Positions 37,620-45,585 of a stretch of DNA of 45,585 bases are shown piece by piece. The first letter of the stretch is position 1. Every line of letters starts with the position of its first letter. The stretch is from Alphaproteobacteria bacterium (GTDB lineage: Bacteria; Pseudomonadota; Alphaproteobacteria; UBA8317), in the NCBI GenBank assembly GCA_038131935.1, contig JAYPQH010000025.1:1-45585 (forward strand), given 5' to 3'. The translations under genes and the position numbers were made by a program. The notes below the pieces were generated by a model. That model had not been told where the DNA came from. It saw only the letters and a program-made list of their open reading frames with translations, and did no database searches.

Positions 37620-38525
37620 ATGCCCATTTATTTACCCATTGCTGAAATCTCGATGGACGTGATGGTACTGCTTGGGCTTGGTGCTTTGGTAGGAACATTA
37701 TCAGGTATTTTTGGGGTTGGAGGCGGTTTTTTGCTTACACCCTTATTGATTTTTATGGGTATCCCTGCACCTGTAGCCGTAGCAAGCCAAGCCAACATTA
37801 TTGTTGCTTCCTCTATGTCAGGCATGATTAGTCAGTGGCGCCGAAAAAACGTAGATATACGCATGGGGATGATCCTCATTGCAGGTGGTTTGGTGGGATC
37901 ATTTTTTGGGGTGCTTTTGTTTCGTCATTTGAAGCATATAGGCCAAATAGATTTTACTGTCTCTGCCCTTTATGTGGTTTTTCTAGGCATAATTGGCAGC
38001 CTCATGATGGTGGAATCTATTCGCGCCATGACCAACCGAACAGGTAGAATTAAACGTCGCAGACGTGCTTGGCTCCATAAAATGCCTTTTCACATGGTCT
38101 TTCCCACCTCACGGATTGCCATCAGCATCATTCCTCCCTTGTTGGTGGGTGCCATGATTGGCTTTCTTGCAGCTATAATGGGTGTTGGTGGCGGATTTAT
38201 CATGATACCTGCGATGATCTATTTACTGGGGATGCCGACAGCTGTCGTCATCGGAACGTCCATGTTTCAGATCTTAGTTCTGGCAGCCGCAACCTCTATT
38301 TTGCAGGCCATCACCAATCAATCGGTTGACATCATGTTGGGTGCCGTTCTGATGATTGGGGGGGCGATTGGTGCACAACTAGGTGTGATGATTGGGAGCA
38401 AGCTAAAAGCAGAACAAATTCGCATCTTGTTGGCTTTTTTGGTACTTTTGGTAGGGGTGCGTATGTTTATGACCATGATTGAAACCCCGACCTTCACCTA
38501 TCGCTTTGCATTTGAGGCATTGTGA
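37620..38525 (+). CDS. Sulfite exporter TauE/SafE family protein
   Basis: Two GVGGGF repeats, IYLPIAE N-terminus and GTSMFQ. Confidence 0.92.
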   Translation: MPIYLPIAEISMDVMVLLGLGALVGTLSGIFGVGGGFLLTPLLIFMGIPAPVAVASQANIIVASSMSGMISQWRRKNVDIRMGMILIAGGLVGSFFGVLLFRHLKHIGQIDFTVSALYVVFLGIIGSLMMVESIRAMTNRTGRIKRRRRAWLHKMPFHMVFPTSRIAISIIPPLLVGAMIGFLAAIMGVGGGFIMIPAMIYLLGMPTAVVIGTSMFQILVLAAATSILQAITNQSVDIMLGAVLMIGGAIGAQLGVMIGSKLKAEQIRILLAFLVLLVGVRMFMTMIETPTFTYRFAFEAL

Positions 38526-38526
38526 T

Positions 38527-39228
38527 ATGATACGCTGTTGTTCATTTCTTATAGCCCTGCTCATCCCCTTGATGGCACAGGCTCAATTGTTCACAGAACT
38601 TGCCGAAACCTTGTTTGATGTCAGACCAGATTTTGATGGGACTGAAGTTGTTCTTATTGGCACCATTCAAACATCTGTTGCCCGTGATGATATAGAATTA
38701 CGCGTTGAAATGAAGGGACCACCTATAGCAGCCAACATGTTTAAGAACGAATCTGTGGGCGGGATTTGGATGCAAACAGCTGAGGGCCGGATTACTATAC
38801 CCTCATTACTCATCCATTCACACAACATTCCAAATCCCAACCGCGGAAAACTTATCCAAAAATTTTCACAGAATATCTCTCAACCCATTCCCTCAGATGC
38901 CCTGGAAGCCCTTGTGGCACAACTACAAGAGCGCGACCAACTGCGCAGCTTACCAGCTGGCATTCATTGGCGATCTGGTACATTGTTCAAGACCCGTCTT
39001 CCAATCCCGTCAACCGCACCGATGGGTACCTATAGCATTACAACAGAAGCTTATCATGACGGGGAATTGCTTGGCACCCACCAACTCACATTTGAATTGG
39101 GACGTGGGGGCATAGAACGCGGTTTGTTCTTGCTCGCCAATGAACATGGTTGGCTTTATGGTTTATTAGGTGTTGTGATGGCGGCATTTGTGGGCCTGGG
39201 CACAGCCGCCTTAGCAAATAGGCGATAA
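38527..39228 (+). CDS. TIGR02186-family exported protein with C-terminal TM
   Basis: FDGTEVVLIG, GPP, GGIW, LFKTRLPIP...GTY and LYGL. It is the usual partner downstream of this TauE. Confidence 0.8.
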   Translation: MIRCCSFLIALLIPLMAQAQLFTELAETLFDVRPDFDGTEVVLIGTIQTSVARDDIELRVEMKGPPIAANMFKNESVGGIWMQTAEGRITIPSLLIHSHNIPNPNRGKLIQKFSQNISQPIPSDALEALVAQLQERDQLRSLPAGIHWRSGTLFKTRLPIPSTAPMGTYSITTEAYHDGELLGTHQLTFELGRGGIERGLFLLANEHGWLYGLLGVVMAAFVGLGTAALANRR

Positions 39229-39231
39229 CTG

Positions 39232-40077
39232 ATGGAAAATGGTGACAGGATCAAACATAACGATGGCGAAGAACAGCTTCCTTTGGTTCTTGATGTTGAT
39301 GGGACACTTGTGCTGACTGATCTGAGCTTGGAGCATTTGTTAAACTGTCTCTGGCGGCACCCTCTAAAAACCATGCGCGTGTTACTCTCCAAGCGTGGAT
39401 CAAGAGCCGCCATAAAAGATGCCCTTTTTGATCTCTACACACCAGACATGCCCGCTGTTGATTTTGATGAACGGGTTGTTGCACTGGCGAAAAAAGCCGA
39501 TCATGTTGTACTTGCCTCTGGCAGCCATATCCGTATGCTTGAAGCACTCAAGCCATTCCTTCCCATCAAAACAGAACTGTTCGGATCTGAGGGAAATATT
39601 AATCTTGTTGGCGAAGCTAAAGCGGCATTGCTCGTTGAAAAATTTGGCTACAAGAAATTTGATTATGCTGGCAATTCTTACCAAGATCTTCCTGTATTTG
39701 CCGTTGCCAGGCATAGTATTTTGGTCAACACACCCAAAAACTTACACCAAAAACTACCCAACCAAGCGACAATTTCTGAGATTTTACCACGCAAAGAATG
39801 GACCATGAAAGATGTCCGAGGATTCTTAACATGGCCACCTGTTCTTTTCGCGGGTTTGTTCATCATCACACTCTTTTTGTTGCAGGGCATTGCTTTCTTT
39901 TGGATTTTACCGATGTGGTTTGCCACCGTTTCAACGGTTACCCTCATCATTTGGGCATGGTCTCGACGACGGTTACCACCCATGCTCCGTGATGGTACCT
40001 TCTACCCACAGCAATTTCTTGCAGCATGGGCTGCATCTTGGCTTTTGATCATCCTATTTTTGTTGATGCGCTTATAA
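39232..40077 (+). CDS. HAD-superfamily hydrolase domain with a short membrane tail
   Basis: PLVLDVDGTLVLTD, LASGS, NLVGEAKA and FDYAGNSYQDLPV. This resembles the N-terminal domain of HAD-UbiA prenyltransferase fusions. Confidence 0.8.
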   Translation: MENGDRIKHNDGEEQLPLVLDVDGTLVLTDLSLEHLLNCLWRHPLKTMRVLLSKRGSRAAIKDALFDLYTPDMPAVDFDERVVALAKKADHVVLASGSHIRMLEALKPFLPIKTELFGSEGNINLVGEAKAALLVEKFGYKKFDYAGNSYQDLPVFAVARHSILVNTPKNLHQKLPNQATISEILPRKEWTMKDVRGFLTWPPVLFAGLFIITLFLLQGIAFFWILPMWFATVSTVTLIIWAWSRRRLPPMLRDGTFYPQQFLAAWAASWLLIILFLLMRL

Positions 40078-40770
40078 CCGTCTTGGACGATCTTCGATCC
40101 ATTTGTTGTGCGGGACCTTAACAACAGATTTTTCAGAGAGCAGCCAAGCTGATATTTCCCCACGGCGGAATGGTCTGAATACGTTATCAGTAACATTGAT
40201 CCCACCCGAGAACCTACCCATTGCGGGACAAATAAGGTGTTGTTCAGAAACAAAGAACGAACGCCTGCGAAAAGAACGCCCCTTAACGCGGATCTTCACA
40301 ACAGGGTGAAGATGGCCGCAAATCATTGGCCATGAGGACTCTATGGGTTCATGACCAAGCAGGATATTGTCGAGCAACATCCTTCGTGTTTGCCTCGCGG
40401 CGATATCGGCCGGCAAAAAAGGATCATGGTTACCTAAAACAAAGGTCATAGGCAATTTGCTGTTGAGGTGATACAAAATACGGCTACTTTCTTCATCCAA
40501 ATTCATCGCTGAACCAGGTCTATGGAAGCTATCCCCTAAGAAAATAACCCGCTTCAATGCCGGGTATGATGCCACCAAGTTTTCTAACAATTGCAAACCA
40601 TCCAAGCTGTCAAAAACTGGATATAAACCTTTGCCCTCCCTTGAGAGGCTATCACCCTTGCCAAGATGCAAGTCGGCAATCAAGAGGGTTTCATCGTTTA
40701 GGATAAGTCCACCACTCGTATCGAATTGAACCTTATGCCCATGCCATAAAATACATGCTGACCCATTCAT
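40072..40770 (-). CDS. pdeM: Ligase-associated DNA damage response metallophosphoesterase/endonuclease
   Basis: ADLHLGK, LGDSFH, GNHD, GHEP and GHLHP. ATGA overlap with the helicase. Confidence 0.9.
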   Translation of the reverse strand: MNGSACILWHGHKVQFDTSGGLILNDETLLIADLHLGKGDSLSREGKGLYPVFDSLDGLQLLENLVASYPALKRVIFLGDSFHRPGSAMNLDEESSRILYHLNSKLPMTFVLGNHDPFLPADIAARQTRRMLLDNILLGHEPIESSWPMICGHLHPVVKIRVKGRSFRRRSFFVSEQHLICPAMGRFSGGINVTDNVFRPFRRGEISAWLLSEKSVVKVPHNKWIEDRPRRL

Positions 40771-43183
40771 GACATTTGTGCCCATAAGTCCGTAGCCCAT
40801 TGCTCCAAAAGCTCATCTTGGCTTTCCGAAAACACCGGCTCACGGCCGACTTCCAGCATGATAGGCACGGATAAAGGTGAGATCTTCTGAAGGTTTTTAT
40901 GTAATATTTGCCCTTGAATTCGTTTCAAAGCCGTTTGTAGCCGCGCCAGGTTGAGAACCTCATCAGCAGCATCACGCAAGCTCGCACGCATGAGGACATG
41001 ATCAGGTTGATGTCGCAGCAAAACGTCATAGACCAGCTCTGGAGAAAACCGATTTCCTGGGTCACGTCCGCGGGCCGTGCTTCCACCAATTAACCCAGCA
41101 ATACGGGCCACATATCCAAATGACCTTTTGGCAACAGCTGAATCACGTAGCCATGCTTCCAAATCATCACCCAGCATGTCTTCGGCAAAAAGGTCATGCA
41201 TAACAACACCCCCAGCATCTTTGGCCATCCAAATGGCCAAGCCATATTCATTGGCACAAAAACCTAGCGGGATGCATCCTAGTCGGTCCAAGCGTCGGGT
41301 CAGCAACATCCCCAGGCTCTGATGTGCCAAACGCCCTTCAAATGGATAGGCAACAAGATAAAACCTATCTCCACGAGGAAATGTTTCCACCAACATTTGA
41401 TCTGCTTGAGGAAGTGCTGAGCGTTGGCGTTGCATATCAAGCCAAGCTGACACGGCATTGTCTAAGTGAAACCGTTCAGGTTCAGCAATCATCTCTCGAA
41501 CCCGCTGTGCCAGATGTGTGGTTAAGGGAAACTTACCCCCTGGAAAGATGGAATCACAGCTTGACCAGATGCAGGGACCACCAACAATTTATCCGTATCC
41601 AGATACATAAATGCCCATGTCCGCCCTGAAATGATAAAACTATCCCCAACGCGCAAACTGGCGGCAAACCATTCCTCCACCTCACCCACGGCTTCACTTG
41701 CTGGGCGCCATTTCTGAGCAACAAATTTTGCGGGGGTTACGCGGACCATTGGCGTATCAATAATGGTGCCCACCTGTGCGCGATAACGTCGGCGATGTTC
41801 AGCAGAGGTAACCATAAATTTCCCGTCAACCTCTTTTAAGCGGTCATATTGCTCATACCCACGTAATGCGTAACCCCCATCACAAACAAAACCTAGACAT
41901 TCCATAACGATATTTTCGTCGATGAATTGATAAGGAGCAGCTTTTTTTACCTCCCTGAGCAGTTCATCTTTGCTGAATGGTTCTGCACAAGCACGCCCCA
42001 TGATATGTTGGCAAAGGACATCCCAATGACCTTCATGCAAATCCAAGGGGTCACTTTTTTGCTCCATTAATGCTGCTTTTGCGCCCAAGCATTCAAGATA
42101 TTCAAACCGATTTGAAGGCACCAAAAAAGCGCGACTTGGCTCTTCCAAGCGATGGTTTGCCCTCCCGATGCGCTGAATGAGACGGCCTGACCCTTTGGGG
42201 GCTCCAACTTGGACCACCAAATCAACATCACCCCAATCCACACCTAAATCTAGAGTAGACGTTGCGACCACAGCTTGAAGCCTGCCTTGATTGATGGCCT
42301 GTTCCACCTTCGTCCTCTGGGTGCGAGATAATGAGCCGTGATGTAAACCAATAGCCAAATTCTGCTCATTTTTAAGCCATAGTTGTGCAAACAAATGTTC
42401 TGCATGGTTTCGTGTATTCACGAACAATAGGGTTAATTCATGGTTTTTAATGAGCTCCAGCAACTCTTCAACAGCATGACCAGCACCATGACCTGCCCAG
42501 GGGATATAGCCATCAGGCTGAACGATATGCACATCGGGCAAAGCAGCCGTTGGTCCTTTAATCAGCACGACTTCCTCGTCGGCAACCATCCAAGATGACA
42601 TTTCTATGGGATCATCAACAGTTGCTGATAATCCAACAAGTCTCGGCGAACCCAAGCATCGCAATCGCGCCAAACATAACGCCAAAAGGTCGCCACGCTT
42701 ACCTGGTGCCAAGGCATGGATCTCATCAATAATAACGTCTTGGACCCCAGAAAAATAGCGTATAGATCGGGGGTGAGAGAGCATCAAAGCCAATTGCTCT
42801 GGGGTAAGGATCAGTAATGCAGGTGGTGAAGCCCATTGCTTGGCACGCTCATGACTTGAGGTATCTCCCGTTCTCACCCCTATAACAAAGGGTCGCGAGA
42901 AACCCGCACAGGGAGCTTCTAGGTTCCTAGCCATATCTGCAGCCAAAACTTTTAAGGGCGTGATATACAGAGCCACCGGCCCTGTATCACAATTGATATG
43001 ACCAGATACCCATTGATGTAATATTGGCAAAAACCCAGCCAATGTTTTTCCTGATCCAGTTGGCGCTGTGATGAGGGCATGACGACGGTCTTGTCCTGCG
43101 TTCAATGATTGCTGCTGATGGGTGCGCAACTCCCAACCACGATCGGCAAAGAATTTCTCCAGTGATGGGTCTAAAAAACTCAT
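40767..43183 (-). CDS. Ligase-associated Lhr-core DEXH-box helicase, frameshift in the G run near 41537
   Basis: APTGSGKTLAGF, RTGDT, DEIH, GLSAT, HHGSL, TSTLDLGVDWGDVD and QRIGRANH. The frames join at PSFQGG/KFPLTTHLA and continue into ORF 40767-41492. Confidence 0.92.
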
Positions 43184-43272
43184 GAGATATATGAACTACC
43201 TTTTTGTGGTTCGCCCGATGATACATGTTGCACTAACTTGGTAACGGTTTAGCAGCTGACAATAGAAATTTG

Positions 43273-44277
43273 ATGAAAGAATTACTCGTACCTACAGCCA
43301 AAGGACTTTATTGCACCATTGGTGACTTTTTTATCGACCCCTTGAGGCCTGTTGAACGGGCTTTAATAACGCATGCTCATGCCGATCACGCACGCGCTGG
43401 CCATAAGCATGTTCTGGCTACATCTGAAACGCTTGCTATTATGGCAGCACGATATGGACAGCATCATGCCCAGCATGTCCAAGCCATATCCTATGGTGAA
43501 GACATCATACATCACGGGGTGAAGGTGCGTTTTCTTCCAGCTGGCCATATCTGGGGAAGTGCGCAAATTTCTGTTGAGCATAAATCACATCGCATTATTG
43601 CTGCGGGAGACTACAAACGCAGGCATGACCCAACCTGCCCCGCATTTGAAATTTACCCTTGTGATGTGTTCATCACTGAAGCCACATTTGGGCTGCCGGT
43701 ATTCCGTCATCCAGATGACAAAGATGAAATCCGCAAACTTTTTGCACGCATTGAGAAACAACCTGAAATGACAACATTGATTGGGTGTTATGCATTGGGA
43801 AAGGCCCAAAGATTATGTCTGTTGTTGCGACAACATGGATATGACAAACCTATATGGCTGCATGGAGCCATGACAAAGTTAATGGAATTATATGCCCAAA
43901 ATGGTTTTGATTTTGGAGCTTTGCGACAGATTACGAAGGATCAAAAACCACCCACTGGCGCAATTATTTTGGCCCCACCCTCAGCGCTTCATGACCGCTG
44001 GTCACAACAATTTGAACCATTATTGCGGGTTATGGCGTCTGGATGGATGACGGTGCGCGCTCGTGCCAAACAGCGACATGCCAATTTGGGCCTTATCATA
44101 TCTGATCATGCGGACTGGGATGAATTGCTCATGACAATTCGCCAGATCCAGGCCCAAGAAGTTTGGATCACCCATGGCCGCGAAGAAGCCCTTCTTAGAG
44201 CTTGCGCATTGATGGGACAGCCGGCACGTCCCCTTCACTTGGTGGGCTACACCGACGAAGATGATGAGGTAACATGA
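43273..44277 (+). CDS. Ligase-associated DNA damage response exonuclease (MBL fold)
   Basis: FFIDP, ITHAHADHA, PAGHIWGSAQ, ITEATFGLPVF, YALGKAQR, ASGWM and SDHADW. Confidence 0.94.
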   Translation: MKELLVPTAKGLYCTIGDFFIDPLRPVERALITHAHADHARAGHKHVLATSETLAIMAARYGQHHAQHVQAISYGEDIIHHGVKVRFLPAGHIWGSAQISVEHKSHRIIAAGDYKRRHDPTCPAFEIYPCDVFITEATFGLPVFRHPDDKDEIRKLFARIEKQPEMTTLIGCYALGKAQRLCLLLRQHGYDKPIWLHGAMTKLMELYAQNGFDFGALRQITKDQKPPTGAIILAPPSALHDRWSQQFEPLLRVMASGWMTVRARAKQRHANLGLIISDHADWDELLMTIRQIQAQEVWITHGREEALLRACALMGQPARPLHLVGYTDEDDEVT

Positions 44278-45585
44278 GAAGGTTTGCCCAATTGCTTGAT
44301 CAGCTGGCATTTGAGCCCTCGCGCGAGGAAAAATATCGACTGCTTATTGATTATTTTTCTACACAAGAAAATCCCGAGCGTTCCTTGGCTCTGGATATTC
44401 TTGATGGACGCTTCAAGCTTAAATCCATCAAACCCCATATGCTAAGGGCACTCATTGCACAACATTGTGATCATGAGTTGGTAGCTCTTAGCTACGATTA
44501 TGTGGGGGATCTTGCTGAAACAGTTGCACTTTTATGGCCAGAAACCAATGTCCATGGGTTAGGATCGCTGCCGGACATTGTGGCCAAACTGGATACCCCA
44601 GACCCTCAGCAGGCTTTAGAATTATTGCCTGTTCTTCTTGATCAAGCTGACAGCATAGAGCGTTGGGCCCTACTCAAATTGGCAACAGGTGGGCTTCGTG
44701 TTGGGGTTTCAAGTGGGATGTTGCGCGAAGCTTTGGCGCGGTGGTCTGGACAACCAAGGTCCTTAATTGATGAACTGTGGCACAGCCTAAAACAGCCTCA
44801 CGATCAATTTTTCACTTGGCTAGAAGGCAAAGGCCCACAACCTCCCCTGCCCACATCCATGATGTTTATTTCACCCATGTTGGCACATCCCTTGAAACCC
44901 ATGGAGATGAGCAAAAGTTTTTCTATCTCGTCCTATGCTGTGGAATGGAAATGGGATGGCATAAGGGTACAATACCATCGCGACCAAGCATCTTGGCAAT
45001 TATACTCACGGACAGGCGAAGATATATCTCAAAGCTTCCCTGAATTATCACAATTACCATCTGGGCAATATGTGGTTGATGGGGAGCTTTTGGTCACGGA
45101 TGATGGCAACATAGCAAGCTTTCAAGACCTTCAAACAAGACTTAATCGAAAAAAGCCCTCCGCAAAACTGATAGCCTCAAAACCTGCCATGATCATGGCA
45201 TATGATCTTTTATCCTTAAAAGAGATCCGAACCACTCAAGATGATTTTTCCCAAAGACGTGGGCAGCTAACCCAACTTTTACGTGAAAACCCTCACCCAC
45301 AGTGGAAACTTTCTCAATTGGTAAGCGCACAATCATTTTGAACAACTTGATCAGCTGCGCGCTCACCCCCCACATCCTACGATGGAGGGTTTGATGCTGA
45401 ACCCCATTGGTCAAGTGTTTATACTAGCAGGCCTAAGGGTGCTTGGTGGAAATGGAAAAAAGACCCTTTTGAAGTAGATGCTGTGATGCTTTATGCCCAA
45501 CGTGGGCATGGATAACTCATCCTAATTGAACTTCACTTTGGTTGCTGGCAGAACGAAGATCTGATCCCCATTGTAAAGCTTATTT
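44274..45585 (+). CDS. ATP-dependent DNA ligase (cisplatin-damage-response type); frameshifted from about 45338 and truncated by the window end
   Basis: VGDLAET, EWKWDGIR (adenylated Lys), VDGEL and YDLL. Downstream out-of-frame segments read EGLML, RPKGAWWKWKKDP and YAQRGHG. Confidence 0.93.

Noticed and set aside
43184-43272. Alphaproteobacterial LexA box (GTTC-N7-GTTC) in the repair-cluster promoter
   Set aside because: The best match is GTTC-N7-GATA, with two mismatches in the second half-site, which is insufficient.
1-45585. CRISPR arrays, prophage genes, anti-phage defence systems, rRNA
   Set aside because: I saw no regularly spaced repeats or recognisable proteins of these classes on reading. 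The helicase and nuclease genes belong to the known repair cluster.

Overview
45.6 kb of a mid-40s %GC (estimated by eye) alphaproteobacterial chromosome. The lineage is inferred from the gltD-gltB order, the uppP / NDUFA9-like / tRNA-Leu neighbourhood, hisS-hisZ-hisG and TauE-TIGR02186. Left to right: the 5' end of gltB, gltD, uppP, an NDUFA9-like epimerase and tRNA-Leu(CAG). Next comes a 2.6 kb integrase-less mini-island bounded by a 17-bp direct repeat of the tRNA 3' end (4247-4263 and 6847-6863), whose only intact cargo is a GC-rich orphan molybdopterin oxidoreductase. A run of metabolic genes follows (amidase, nfsA, ltaE, GNAT, tenA), then two orphan exported proteins, one a fascin-like beta-trefoil. 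A 14 kb catabolic block without an intact regulator holds a PhyH dioxygenase, class II aldolase, D-2-hydroxyacid dehydrogenase, MmgE/PrpD, acyl-CoA dehydrogenase, ADP-forming acyl-CoA ligase, AKR, Gate protein, CaiB, Zn-ADH and an amidase. Then: a Bcr/CflA exporter preceded by a structured leader, a decayed LysR gene, thiN convergent on a TPP-riboswitch-controlled thiZXY ABC operon, ceramidase-like/DUF3108, the his genes, TauE/TIGR02186, a HAD protein lacking its usual UbiA domain, and the ligase-associated DNA-damage-response cluster (PdeM, Lhr-like helicase, exonuclease, ATP-dependent ligase). About ten genes carry single-base frameshifts, many in homopolymers, which looks like long-read consensus error rather than biology. 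I found no CRISPR array, rRNA, integrase or intact transposase. I did not find a clear-cut novel multi-gene system. The best leads are the mini-island and its Mo-enzyme, the beta-trefoil protein and the CoA-dependent catabolic block.
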